Shown piece after piece: positions 13,771 to 29,243 of a stretch of 64,000 nt of DNA (position 1 is its first letter; every line of letters starts with the position of its first letter). Below the pieces are notes generated by a model. The model did no database searches and was not told the origin of the DNA. It was given only the letters and a program-made list of their open reading frames with translations. Source of the DNA: Chrysomallon squamiferum (Eukaryota; Animalia; Mollusca); contig CM022665.1 of NCBI GenBank assembly GCA_012295275.1, forward strand, positions 39,246,001 through 39,310,000, written 5' to 3'. Position numbers and translations under genes: made by a program.

Positions 13771-16700
13771 ATTTTATTTTACATTTCCATATATAACATG
13801 GAACTAGAGAACATAACAGACTGAATACATCCTCTTGAATTACATCACATTCTCACAATTAGATAAAGTTCTAGAAACTAATAAATAATCACTTGCAAAG
13901 GATAATGTCTAGCGATAGGCAGCCATATGCAAAAATGTACATAATATATTTAAGCTGTTTAATTTGTTTGCTTCATCAGACATACATTTTATGACCACTA
14001 AATTATCTTTTTCCTCTTTAAGTTTTTTAAACAATAACTCGTTGTACTTATTACTAAGTCTTCGGATGAAAGTGAAAAACAAACAACAAAAAAAAAAAAA
14101 AAAAAGTCAACACTTGCCTCTGGTGCTGTTTACACTCAAAAGTTGTAAAGTGCGGAGAAACAAAAAAAACAAATCAGAAACTTCTAATAATGAGGAAGAA
14201 ACGAAATACAGTGCCTTAGGCTAACAGATACACTGTTTGAATTATTGTAAATTATTGTGGCTGTTTCCCATATCCAGTCAATCGCTAACTGTATTACTTG
14301 TGTGTGTCTATGTTAACTTCTCATTATCTATATTTATATCTATATCTATACCTATATCTATATTTATATCTACATATCTATAGATCTATATCTATTTATA
14401 TCTATCTATATATATATATATAGATATATATATCTGCACAAGAATAAACATGTAGATACATATGTATATATATACATGCATACATACATACATACATACA
14501 TAAATACGTACGTATATACTGTACCTTCATAATACACATGCAAACATGTATATATATGACTGCAGACAATTAGCAGCTATTTGTTCAAGCTTTGTGAGCG
14601 GTAATACGATGTTTGCCAGGTCGTGACTGTCCTACTACCAGTGCATTTCTGAAAACTGTCTAATCAGACGTGCACAAGACAACGAAATATTCATTCCTAA
14701 ACAAATTCACTTTTATAGCATTCTAATTCAGCGAAATTATACTTAATGACTAAAGTAAGATTTACCCATTTGGTTCAGTGCTGCAATGTTTTCTTTATCG
14801 TAACGAGTTTTTAAAACTTTCACTGAAATTGGAAGGGTTCGAGTCCCTGTATGAAAGAACTGCCGTGGAACGTATTATCTACGTTTGGCTCGATCTAATT
14901 GCGTTTGATGAATATCGTGAAATATCGTGAAGATTCACTAATTAGTCAGTTTAATGTAAAAGGATCCGTGACTTGACAAACGAACTTTATTAACAAGAGC
15001 AACACGATCTCAATATACAGGTCTACATCTGTTAAACGTCAACCCACGTTTTGACGTAACGTATTCTGAGGTCAAATGAGTTTAGTAAGTAAATGCACGC
15101 ATCTGAGTGAACAGAACGCACAGAAACGTTTATATATGGATGAGTGTACTGAGATCAAATGAATTTAATTATAAGAGAAATAAAATAAACATATCTTTGT
15201 GCATATAATGATTACATGTACATAATTATTAGATACGGCGATGTGTTTATGATACGATTGAATAAAATCATTCAAACGATTTAAATGAAATCATAATTTG
15301 TTTCGGCATGTATTTCATATTTCCAGACGAAAGTGTTTTTGTTCTCAGTTACATTAACACTAATAAAACAAGCAAAATAAATAAATAAATGAAAAAATAA
15401 AATAAAATAAAATAAAATAAACAAACTAAAATAAAATAAAATAAAATAAAATAAACAAACTAAAATAAAATAAAAATGAATAAAATTAAATTAAATTAAA
15501 TTAAATAAAAATAAATAAATAAATGGAAATGATGATGATGTTAATATATAAATAAATAAATAAACAAAAGTAAAAACTAAATTAATTAAAAACACAGACT
15601 GTAATTTTTATTTTTACGAGAAAATAATTTACCATGGATAAAATCAGGTTTAATAATATGTTAATTACTTTGAGTTTTACTAAGAATCTGTTCTTACTTT
15701 CCTAAAATGCACTCTAAGTGACCTTTTGTTCATTTAATATCAGACGGGCTATTATTTTATTTTTAATTATGTTACCTTATTATTTTATTTTTTTTTCGTT
15801 TAGATTCCATCGATAATGAGATAAAAAATAACGTTTGATTAGATCGTCATTTTATATTATTTGCGTGGGCCTAATGATTTAATTTTGAAGTGCGCCCATT
15901 TAAGAATGAAGAAGATAAAACAGAAACAGATACGTGACTTTAAGGTACGCGATTACTTAGAATACTGTGCATGAGCCTAAGCTGAACAACTTCTCGGTAA
16001 ATAGATATATTATATCTGCACAAGAACAAACTTAGGGATACATACATGCATGCATCTATACATACATACATACGTACATCCGTACATATATACATACATG
16101 CCTAGATACAAACACATACATATTCATAGACACACACATATGTACGTACGTACAGTTACGCCTATATATATATATAGGCGGAAGAAGGAGAGAGAGATCA
16201 AGACAGATACTTAGAAAGGAAGGATGACAGATACACTGAAAGAAAAAATGCTATATAGACAGAGAGAATGAAAAAATAAAGAAAAAAGATAAATAGATAG
16301 ATAGATAGATAGACAGACAGATAGATAGACAAACACAGAGAGACAGAAGGACAAGGGACAGACAGAGAGGGACTGATTCAGACACGTTTTCTCGCCTTAT
16401 CATCTTTCTTTTAAAAATTTAATTCATCTCGCTCCGATAAACTGTTGAAATTCATCTCTCTTGAGAATTAGGCTTTAGTTTAGAAATGTAACTAATCTGA
16501 TCTTAAAAGCAAGAGAATTAATAGAACTAATAACACGTTCATATTTTCCATTTTCAGTTCTCTGTAAGTCATTTAACGAGTCGATGGCAGTCATTTAGCT
16601 TAACGACGTTGTAAAACTAAGAAACGTCTGGCTCGGTTTTAATCATGTTTCTACGATCCAGCTTCAATCTTCTGGCGATCTCTTACTTAACCAAGTCGAA

Positions 16701-17016
16701 TAGAACTATTTTCCATGCCAAGCATGTTTAAATATTTGTCTATCGGAATCAAGTTAAAAGTACCAGATAGATACAGAACAGCCGGAAACAGGAGTACTTA
16801 AATGATACACCCAAAAATATTTGGTATACGATATGTTTGTTTTTATGTATTAATATGTACACCTAGAGGTTTCAATGAATTAATATTTATTCACTTATTC
16901 ATTCATGTGTGTGCGTGTATGTGTGTGTGTGTGAGCATGAAAACAAAAATATTGTGTAACAAATGTTCATTGCTACTGGCCTTTTGTTCTGAAGGCTAAG
17001 GAATGTTTTATTTCCG

Positions 17017-17140
<124 letters not shown>

Positions 17141-17604
17141 ATTTTATATTCAGCAGTGCGGCACGTACAACAGAAGATAAGTATAGAAACTTACTCAGGA
17201 TGATGGAATACGAACGATGGTTTTAACAATGAATCTGTACTTTTCTCTGATAGCAAACTGCCACTGAGGTCACAAACCAATCAAAACAACAATTAACCTA
17301 AACCGCAAAGTTGCATCAAAGACCTCTAAACCCAGTGATTGATGATTCGTGCAAATTACACAAAATGATGAGGGATTTTCAAAACGACCAAGAGTCAACT
17401 GTTTGGCCCATTTCTTTGGGCAGACCGTCAAAGGATTGACTATAACAATAAGGAGCGTTGTTCGATACGGCCAAAAAAATGAATAGAGGAAAATGTGAGG
17501 ATGTACAGAAAATGTTAAAAGATATTTATCTGAATGTGTTGCTAAAATATTAAAGATATGTAGATAAGGATTTTTATCAGCAGCTTTTCATCACTGTGAG
17601 TTTC

Positions 17605-17704
<100 letters not shown>

Positions 17705-18883
17705 GGAGAGAGGATGAAAGGAATATCTATATTCTTTTTAATTTTTGACAATAATTTTGAGAGTTGACAAATCGAGGCCACCGATAAGCGAACCCATCAG
17801 TTTAATTCCTCCAGTGATTAAATCAAATCTGTTTTACATCATTTAAAAAATAACAAAGAAAAACTGTCTCTTCATATCGCTACACTTGACAACATAACTT
17901 TGCTTGAGGTGGGTTTTTTTTTTTTTTTTTTTTTATATATATCTTTCTTTAATTTTTTTTTTAAATTGTGTTTTATGGCCTACTGATGAAACTATAAAAG
18001 AAAAAAAAAAAAAAAAAAAAAAGAATCACTGTATTTGTACTAATTATGTCGTCTAACACAGGGAACAAAGTGTAACGAATAACGTATTTATGGGAATACT
18101 GAACTTAATGCCTAAAGGAATTTTTACCTCTTACAATTTCAGCCTCAAGAGGGATTAGAAGAAGATTATAAAAAAAAAGATGAAATTATATTTTCCAAGC
18201 TGTACAAAAGATTCTATTTTGCAAGAGATCTAAGGAAAAGAAAATGATTTTGAACTGAAATATTTTTTTGTTGTTGTTGTTTGTTTGATTTTCTTCTCTT
18301 TTTTAAAAGCTTAAAATATTTTAATAACTACTTGAAATTGACAAAATTAACTGAAAATGTTTTATTTTATCTGTTAAAAAAAAAGAAAAAAAGAAAAGAA
18401 AAAAGAAGAAGAAAGAAACGAAGGAGAGAGAGAGAGAGAGAGAGAGAGATTCGTTCAAAACACACTAACAGCAAAGAACTGCTTTATTTTTCATTTTTTA
18501 ATTCCCGATTTGTCTTCATTTAAACACGACAAATTGAAAATATTTACTTATCAAAGTTTTGATATTGCTATTTTACGCAGATCTTGAGGCAGCGCCATAA
18601 GCGAAGGCCCAGTGTCTATTATTGGCCTTCCGATTCTGAATATACTGAATATAAAATTAATTTCATCTTCACTGTCATACCTGCCACGGTGAAAACACCC
18701 CAACGTCTTTTGAATCTTGCATCCGCCTGAGTTACGCATATATTAATTAAAGTGTATTAAATAAAACCAAAAGTTTTTGAAATTACAAAAAAAAAATCGA
18801 CTGAGGAATGACGAAAAGTGAGAAAATAAAAATCAGGGTAACATGGACAAAACAAAGGCAATGACCTTTCTAAGTGCAGAAAA

Positions 18884-18924
<41 letters not shown>

Positions 18925-19612
18925 AATGAAACAGCTGAAATGACAGACTGATAAGCATGGTCCTGATATAGTAATTTGTTTATGTTAAATATAGCTCATA
19001 CGTAATTAGGTGCGGTTTGAAATATATTGATAAATCATTTACATACACGTATGTGAAGTCTGTTTAAATTTGCTATAGCTTCATGTACGTCTGTTTTGCG
19101 TACGCTTTTTCAGAAAATCCAAGTTACCTTCATTTTATAATTGTTGTTGTTAATGATAATGATCTTGTTGTTGTTTATGATATTGTTATTATAAATGACT
19201 TATCAACAATCTCTTTATAAGCATGTTCATCATCATCATCATCATAATTATGTTTATTATTATTATTACTGTTGTTGTTATTCTTCGTGTTCTTATTCTT
19301 GCTGTTGTTATTGTTACTGTTATTGGTGATGATGATGATTATCTTATCATTACTCTCATAATTATCAAGGTTTTCATCATCATCGTCATTATTTAATTTA
19401 TGAAAAACTGTGGTATTTGCTTTATTTAGTCTTTACGTTTAAACTGTTGAAGTTGTTAAGAAAATGGCTTCAAGATTTATTCATTTTTTTTTTTTTATTT
19501 TTTTTAAGAACAATCAAATTTTTATATGTATAAAATCTTTCCCATTTTTTTTACTTTCTGTTTTCTCTCTCTCCTTTTTTTTTTTTTTTTATTTATTTAT
19601 TTTAATTTTTTT

Positions 19613-19656
<44 letters not shown>

Positions 19657-19868
19657 CGTAATGAAAGGGATATATATATATATCGGTTAATTAATACACT
19701 GAGTTTCCTGTGACTTCCTCAAAGTGTGTTACTGTGTAATTATCAGTGAACTCAGGTTTGGTACAAAATGTATATCACCTTTCTTTTAACTAAGAATACA
19801 CAACCCCCCTATTTTTTTATTTCATAGGTGTCTTTATTTTTGTATTTGTCCTGTGACATCTCTGTGTT

Positions 19869-19899
<31 letters not shown>

Positions 19900-20427
19900 T
19901 GTTTGCATTCTAGTTTATGTATATTCAAATATGTATGTATATATGTGTTTGTTTATATGTAGACATGTATGTCTGTACGTACGTATAATATGAAAGATCT
20001 TATCTTTCATTTACAATTGATTAACAGTGGATTTAAATTCTTGCATCAATATCAGATTATATTAAAATCATTACGTCAACATTTACACTTGCAACTATAC
20101 AATATTTAAGACAATTATGTGGTGTTTATCACTACGAAAGCCTTACAAAATCCAGTCATAAAGTTTAGAATGGACATATCTGGTCTAGATTTACGAGTAT
20201 AATATTTATACAGAGTTAAAAGACGAAAGTGATTTATGAAGACCTAGGTCAACACATAAATGACAGAATCTGACGATGGCACAAGAAAATGTTTGTTTCC
20301 ATAAAAAGGTTCCTTAGTACAATTTGTATAATTTTTCATTAATAATCGATTTACAACAGTCTTAACAGAACCAACAACATTAAGTGAACAAAGAATGTTC
20401 TGAAAAAAGAAAACCAGATGGAAGCAT

Positions 20428-20975
20428 TTTTACTTAGTAACTGAAATGTGCAGCTGATCGTTGCTTTTAATATGGAAGGATGCGGAGATATTTTAAAGAA
20501 GGAAAATAACCCGAGGCAGAACGTTTTGTATTACGTGACCTGAATGCAAAGATTCTGATTTAAAATCGACGCTGGCAAGGAAATGTGTCAAATCAGTCAG
20601 CCAGAAGGTCGATGAATATTAATTTATCAAGTACAAAACGATCAACTTCTTGCATGTAAGAATTTTCTGCTTCTGTCGTTTCGTGAAGAAACATCAAAGA
20701 ATTAGTGAGCAGAACGAGTTGAGATGTTTGTTCAGGTTATGGTGTATCAGACGTATTCGTCTTGTGTTTTGAATTCACGTGTCAACGCGTTATTGTAGAT
20801 AAATGTACGTGTTCATACCTCTTTTCATCCGTTGCGAGAATGGTTATTGACTTCTTTGTTTTTTGTAATCGAAGGAGAGAAAAGAGATCGTTCACCTTTC
20901 AGCTTTCTATAGACAAATTTAAACGATTACGTAATATTCAGTTATGAGCTGACAGTGATAAATAAAAGTTGAAGT
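20428..20975 (+). repeat. Left arm of 548-bp inverted repeat
   Basis: Reverse complement of 25336-25883, e.g. ttttacttagtaactgaaatgtgcagctgatcg vs cgatcagctgcacatttcagttactaagtaaaa. Confidence 0.92.
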
Positions 20976-23900
20976 ATTATGGAAATTAATGATAAAAAAT
21001 AAAAATGTGTGGGTTTAACAAAGGAAAAATCTTTCGTTACTTTTTAGAAAGAAGCAATAGCGAAACTGTAATCTGCTGCACAGGGGTGTAATTAAACCCA
21101 CGGGGAAACGTTTATGTTTACAGAAATATATGTAGAGAGAGATATTTGGCAAGCAAAACTATTTTAAACATTATGTTGCTGTATATCTAACATGTACAAG
21201 CTTCTTGTGTAATAAACAACAAGCTCAACTATGCTGCCGTGGCAAACGCGGACTAGAAGTATTAAGTTTTTTTTTAGTCATGATGTAGTATTAATTAACT
21301 CACACATACTCACAGCTCGCTGTGGGTGGGAACATTTAACAGCTGGTGTCTCATAATTTATCCCAGGGCATCGTTGTTCTGTCATTAAAGCAACAACAAA
21401 AGCTCTGAGTCAGGTTACACTTTATTAGTTTTGCCGATCCAGAGATTAGGTCTTCTGCCTAGATGGTTCTTCGATCACGTCCTGGTAACAGCTCTTCTCT
21501 AGAAATTAGTGAGAACAGTATTTCGAATTGTAGCAAGTTAAAATATTAATTGCATCAATAATTCATTTATTTGTTTTGTTTGTATTTGTTTGGTTTTTGA
21601 AAGTTCATTAAGTTAAGCACATTAAAAAGGATCTTGTCGTGTAATTACAGGACGTTTCTGAGCATACAGAGTAGAGGAAGTTAAATAAGTAATTCAATAT
21701 GTGGTTTCCTTTGAACTCCATACATAGATTCGTACATGTAGGTATTACTCAGTGTAAAATCTTTATTTATTAATTTACTTACAAACTAATTTTCTTATTT
21801 ACTTATTCCTTTTATTTTACTTTAAAACAACCAAAAAATGTATTTAGTTAATCCTATTATTGTTTAGAGTTTTTTTTCCCTTTTTGTTACACACAGAACT
21901 ACAGTGATATAATCACTAGCCCCTAAAACCAGTTTAATTTTTAACTAGAGAACATGCAAAGCTGTTCAATAATATTACGTTTTCTCTACGTGTCCCAAGG
22001 TTATTTGTCAAGGTCGACTGTCTTGTGTCCTCCGATTACAGGCCAAACAATGGCGATTAGGAGAGGCATAGTTCTCATCAAGTCTATTTACAGAGAGGAC
22101 CGAGATCCGCTCTCGTTCAATTTATTGCAATTCTCTCGTGTCGGTGAGAGCCGTGTTGACTAAAGTCTTAAGCTAATTCAACAGTGGATCATCAAGTTGT
22201 TTCGTGTGAATGTTCGAGACAAGACGTCGATGTGCTAATTTTCATCATTACTGTCCGACTGACATCGAGTTAGTCTATTAACCTCTGAATGGATCCATTA
22301 TAATAATTACCGATATATGTGTGAGCTATAAAATTAATGATGTCCTCTAGTGTTGTTTTTCTTCGTTTCGCTCTGTACGAGATACGGTAGAAGAAAAAAT
22401 ACAAAAACTAACAAAATAAAACCAACAAAAAAACAACCAGGCAAACGAAATGAAAATCATGAATAAAAGCGTAAGACGGAGAGCGAGAAAAAAAAGAAAA
22501 AGAAAGAAAGAATACAAAATTACAAAAAAGAAAAATAAAGGTCGTTAAAAGAAAGTCAAATTACTATCTTAAATGTTATGTCTCTGGTGATCACAGTTTT
22601 TTATGTTCGTAAATTATTAGATGAAACGTCGACATAATAATCTTCGAAGGACCCATCTACAAAAAAAAAAAAAAAAAAAACAACTGTACGATGTATGTTA
22701 CTTAAAGAAACAAGGAATTTGAAAGGAAGAAGTATATTATTCAACTAAATATCTTTTTAATATATGGTTAAATGACGTTTTCTTAAGATTACAAACCACG
22801 AAAATAAAACAAAAAACCATCGGTCCCCTTTGCCAGAGATGTATAAATACACATGAGTAACGAAGGCATTCTAATTCCCTTTCTTACGACGATCTGTTTG
22901 CCATCCTTTTAAAACCTATACCAGAACATTCAACAACAATTCTATTTTTATTTTCTTAAATACATTTCATCCAAGGACTCGGTCACTACAACTGTCTTTA
23001 CGTCATTGAGTTTGGATCTTTTTACATTGGTAAACCGCTGGGTTAAATACCGAGGCAATCGCTTCCCTTTTAAAATACCCTGATCAGTAGTTCATTGCGA
23101 AGATCATTCCAGACATATGCGGTGCGCCCGTGAATTCATTTGACGTTTAATGTAGGGCTACTGCCAGTAACAGGTGATGAAAGATTATGCACCTCGCTCC
23201 GAATCCGTGTTTTCAGAAAAGCCGAATTAATAAGTGTGTTTCTTTCTATTTTGGCTTCTGCAAGTGACTACAACCGTTGTTGTCATTAACACAAAAACTG
23301 AGATAACAAATTATGATTAACATATTTTCTTCATAGAACTCATTTAGGTTTGAGCCTGGTGAACTTTCCTATCAGTTCCAAATCTGTGCCTAGAGAATCG
23401 AATATTCTTTGGTTGTCATGAAAGTTAACGACTCCCCCTCTTAAATTACAGCCATGATTGGCACGAAAGCTTATCTCCGTGTGTTATCATTATTAGAAAT
23501 AAATGTAAAGCCGAATTTGTTCAGCTGTCGTATTGTAAGGCCAAAAATACCATATGTAACGAGTGGCCCGTTATCAAACAACTTTTAAGGTTAATGTCTG
23601 ATGATCAGGGATCTTGAACTAAACTGCTCGGCAAACTCGACATATCAGATTGTGTTTATTATTTGTGTGGTACACAAACACATTCATCATATTAAAAGGT
23701 AACAATAAATACAGAGGATTTCAGAACAAAAACAAAGAAAAGGAACAACAAATGATGATACATGATGACAGCGGAGATAACTCATAAACACCTGTTCACT
23801 ATAAAAAAAGACTAAAAAAAAGAAGACAATATTGATACAATTCCTGTATAGGATAGTCACGAGATATTAAGTACAAACTATAAAAAAACATCTTTTACTT

Positions 23901-24361
23901 AAAAAACTAAGGCAAAAATTATATTACTAAAAATCTGGAATTATAAAAATACAAATTCCGGAATTAATTTTATCACTTATGCTGAATATGAACATGGTTC
24001 TTGTAATGTTTTATGCAAAGATGCTTTAAGTTTAAAATAAATATATTTGCCCTTTATATAGACGTTTCATATACGATCATATAAACAGCTTAATTTTAAT
24101 AGGGCTAGTGTTATTCAACTTTGTCTGTCAACGTAGTGTGATATGCCACAAATAATACAATTTTTTAAAAACTAACATCAACATTTGCATTATTATCGAT
24201 TTATCAGTTAAAGTAGTTATCTTTGAAAATGACGATTAACATACTCAGAATCACAAAGCTTTGCGGCATTTCTCGGGATTCCTGCTGACTGCACCGATTT
24301 GTAATGGTGACTGGAAAAGCCGATTTTAGTCGGTATTTTTTCATCGTATTACCATCTTTCT

Positions 24362-24393
<32 letters not shown>

Positions 24394-25335
24394 CGATCCT
24401 CCAAACGTAATATCCTTAAATCAGGGATAATACCGGATTATACGCTTCCTGCTGCACTAATGTGAGTACGTAGCTATGGCTGATGACAAAAGGAAGTGTT
24501 AGGTCAAGGTCGCGGAGGAAGAAACGGTTCACATTTGCAGCTGATATTATTGTAGAATGTCAATAATGTTGCCGAAAAGACGATTTTTCGACATTTCCTT
24601 TTTTTTTTTTTTTTTTTTTTTTTTATATTTTTTATTAAGAGATTTTAGCATTAAGAGATATTGCAATGTTTTATAACGATGCGAAGATGAATAAATGAAT
24701 TTTTGTTTTATGGTGAAAATAAAATAAAAAGAAAGAAAGAAAACGAATACTCAACGACAGCCTAAATCCTACAGATAACGATATAAGCTTAACGAGAATT
24801 TAAACAAAGAGCTATTTCCCAATAAAACCTTCTTTTTTTATTTTTTATTTTTTTTTTTTTTTTTTTTTTTGAATGAATGAATGAATATGCTGCAAAGGAC
24901 ATAGTATGCACTGTCAGTACGAAGAACCATACAAAATATATGTAGGATTTCCTTAAATATAACTATATGAAAATTCGTATACGTGAAAGCTAATAACCAT
25001 TAGTGTTAATTGTGACGTTGCAGTGTTCAACTCATTTATACCAACATGTTGTGCAGGAGATACAAATATTATATATAAGAATATATTCTCACTTTACCAT
25101 ATAATTATATGCATTTAAATATGTATGCATGTATGGATATAGAACGTTTATACTATTAAGCGTTATTCAAGTGTGAATCGAATAGGTATGCTTATCATCT
25201 TTGTTCACACACACACACGTACTTTCCTATGTATAATTATTATACCTATGTGCAACAGACATCTATTTTACTACTGATTCATTTCGAAAAAGTAGCGATG
25301 TTCTTTTTTTTTTTTCTTTTTTTAATTTAGACATC

Positions 25336-25883
25336 ACTTCAATTTTTATTCATCACTCTCAGCTAATAACTGAATATTACGTAAATAATTAAATTTGTCT
25401 ATAGAAAGCTGAAAGGTGAACGATCTCTTTTCTCTCCTTGGATTATAAAAAACAAAGAAGTCAATAACCAACCTCGCAACGGATTAAAAGAAGTATGAAC
25501 ACGTACGTTTATCTACAATAACGCGTTGACACGTGAATTCAAAACACAAGACGAATACGTCTGATACACCATAACCTGAACAAACATCTCAACTCGTTCT
25601 GCTCACTAATTCTTTGACGTTTCTTCGCGAAACGACAGAAGCAGAAAATTCTTACATGCAAGAAGTTGATCGTTTTGTACTTGATAAATTAATATTCATC
25701 GACCTTCTGGCTGACTGATTTGACACATTTCCTTGCCAGCGTCGATTTTAAATCAGAATCTTTGCATTCAGGTCACGTAATACAAAACGTTCTGCCTCGG
25801 GTTATTTTCCTTCTTTAAAATATCTCCGCATCCTTCCATATTAAAAGCAACGATCAGCTGCACATTTCAGTTACTAAGTAAAA
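25336..25883 (-). repeat. Right arm of 548-bp inverted repeat
   Basis: Reverse complement of 20428-20975; outer ~390 bp nearly identical, inner ~160 bp more diverged. Confidence 0.92.
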
Positions 25884-26595
25884 CGACTGAATTTGTTTTT
25901 CGATTTTCTCTTTAAAACGTCTTCTAAATTCGATTATTAGTGATAAATTTTATGCAATAATAATAATAATAATAATTATTATTATTAATATTATTATTTA
26001 ACGTCTCTATACATTTTTATTTACAACTAAATGGCGTCATGCCTAAAATGGACAAGCTTATATAATTTTCCAAAAACAAATATCGTTTCCTGCTTACATC
26101 AAATGTAGTGTATTGTTTTAATAATTTTAGAAGTTTCTGAGTCAAGCGTCAACAAATCTTGTGTACGCTTGGTACTAGAAACGCTCATAAACTTACCACT
26201 GTCTTTGATAAATCTGTCTAGAAATAATATTTGGAATCTTAAAGATAATGAAATAGTGTTAAGTGTGTTGGCTGGGTTAAAAACATTATTTAGACACATA
26301 TATTAGAAAGAAAAACAAAAACAAATAAAAAAACAACAAAAAAAAAACAACCAAAAAAAAACAACTATAATAAATAAATAAATAAAACCTATAAAAACCT
26401 ACAAACTCCCCCCCCAAAAAAAAAAAAAACAAACAACAACAAACAACAAGAACAAAACAAACAAGAAAATATTATCATCATAAATATTAAAATTATTTTC
26501 AGTATCATTATCACAGATATAGTCGTCGTCATCATTATTATTACTATGATATTGTCATCATTACTATCATCATGAAATTATCATCATCAACATTA

Positions 26596-26596
<1 letters not shown>

Positions 26597-26669
<73 letters not shown>

Positions 26670-26683
26670 ATTATTATTATTAT
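26597..26683. repeat. (ATT)n microsatellite
   Basis: Directly visible. Confidence 0.95.
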
Positions 26684-27084
26684 GATATTCCTTTCAGTGT
26701 TTTCCAAATCAACACAACGCATTTGATTTGACTGTTAAAGTTTAAAACAAAATAAAACAGTTTTCACTTATTTATTTATTTATTTATTTATTTACTTATT
26801 TATTTATTTTTATTAAGCAATTATCTGGGAATAGTAAATATGCTGGAAATAAAAAGTTCTAAACGTTTTTTCATTATTATTATTCTTATTATTTTTATAT
26901 ATATTATTATCATTTTTATTTATTTTCTTTTTCTTTAAACGAATCTTTAATGAATGTAATGATGTACGTTTGTTTTGTTTTTTACATTAAATTCAAATTT
27001 TATTTCTCTTAAGATTAATAACAGGAGCCCTTTTGTAAAATTTCGATTTAAATTATACTTTTTCTTTAATTTTTTATTTCGTTT

Positions 27085-27129
<45 letters not shown>

Positions 27130-28468
27130 CAGGTTAGACAGCGCTCAACCACAAATCAAAAACGTGCAGGGAGGGGGTGGGGGTTGCATAAGGAAGAATA
27201 AGACAAATGAAATGAAAATGGTAGAGGACAAAATAATAAAAGAAAATAGGTCACATTTTTATAGGTTGCGTAAATTCCAACTCTTGGCCTAGTGATTGTT
27301 TCTTCTTTTTTTTTTTCTTTTCTTTTCTTTTCTTTTTGTTATCTTAAGAATTATTTGTGTAATAAGTATGTGGAGGAGAAACATCAGTAATTAATTCTGA
27401 ACCGTATTTCTGGAACATTCTCTGACATTAATACGCTACTGATGCTAATATCAGCGTCTGTGAGTCGTAAAAAGCAGTGTTATTGTCGGTAATTGCCGTT
27501 TTGTTTTTACCATTGACGTAATCGGCATGCTTTCATATTGCACTGGCTTAAAACCATCATTAATTTTAGCACGCACACGCACACACACATCCACACGCAG
27601 AGAGATATATTTGGGGCTATATATCAAAACAGTACAGTTCTTAACAACAATTTATTTTTTATTAAGAATTTTTTTTTTTTTAAATGGTCTTTTAATACCT
27701 AAATCAGCAATTAATACGAAATAATTTGGCGTGTGTGCGTGTATATGTGTGTACGTGTTTGTGTGAATGAGAAGTAGTTTATCGAATGAATAATTTGTAT
27801 AGACAACAAAGGCACGTATGTTTATGTTAGTTTGTTTATTTGTTTTATTATTATTATTTTATTATTATTATTCTTGTTGTTTCGTTACTTTTGTGTATCA
27901 GTAATGATTCAAGCTATATAAACTCAATTTTCTTCAGTAGGATTATTCTTTCTTCTTCTTCTTCTTCTTCTTTATGAACGCAGAATTTTCCTGTTAGTAA
28001 ATAAGGCAACAGGCATATCGTTAACGACCTCTCTCATACGAACAAACCACAGAATATTACGATCATTGACTTGTCATCCTTAATTTCCGTCTACTTATAT
28101 AAATTCATTTGTTACTTGTGCCATGATTACTAGAATATGATTTATATGACAGTTAGAGTAGTTAGTTTCCAAATAAGAAAGTAATAAATGTAACTAACGA
28201 ACGTGTTTATCAATATGCATGTATGCATACGCGCAGATATATACACGTATATATATGTATATATATTTTTATATTTTTATTTGCATAGAAAGAAAGGGGG
28301 AAAAATAAAAATAATTTATTTCTTATTCAAATACCAGTAGTTAGCATAATTAATATTTTTAAACTGGTAAATTTGACTTGCACAAGCATGCGCAAAATAC
28401 ATTACTGTTCCACGCAAATACACACATACACCATATACATTTACGCCGCCACATTTATTTACATCCTC

Positions 28469-28470
<2 letters not shown>

Positions 28471-28524
<54 letters not shown>
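28471..28524. repeat. (GA)n microsatellite
   Basis: Directly visible. Confidence 0.95.
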
Positions 28525-28530
<6 letters not shown>

Positions 28531-29112
28531 ACTAATGGATGGATGGACGACCAGAAAGTCACATTTATATATTAAAAATAAGAAAAGAGGTGAAAGGGCG
28601 CCTATCCTATATTGTAATTTAAAACGAAAGCTGTCGATGGTATTAAGACGTATAACGAACCAGTGTCAGTAGAATCTTAATATCATGTAGCATTCTGAAC
28701 ACGGAGTACGCAAAATAATGTCCAATAACATAAATTAATAAAAGTCAAACAAGAAGAAATTTGCCGTAGGAAAACGAATTTTTGTCTCCAGCGTACGCAA
28801 AATCAATATCGGTGAAACCATATATTTTTTCCCCAAAATTTGAATGGTTACAGGCTATTCTTTGAAAGTAAATGAGTTTTCAGACAAGAAACGGAAGATG
28901 TAGAGTATTTAAATTGTTTCGTTTTGTGCATGGTTTTAATTAATTCTTTTAGTTTGCGTGTATTTTTTATTTTAATTTTTATTTTTTCTAGACATTATGA
29001 TAATTTTATCGTCATCAGAGTTTTTAATTACATCCACTTCTGTAGTATTAATTATATTGTTGTTAAAAAGCCTCATTAAATTGTTTATGATATTTTGTTT
29101 TGTATGATGCTT

Positions 29113-29243
<131 letters not shown>

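Noticed and set aside
18551-18739. 62-aa non-repetitive ORF MRNSGGCKIQ...
   Set aside because: No recognisable motif or clear splice signals; length is within chance expectation.
21954-22310. GC-richer block that might be an exon or conserved enhancer
   Set aside because: No credible reading frame with splice sites, and conservation cannot be assessed without alignments.
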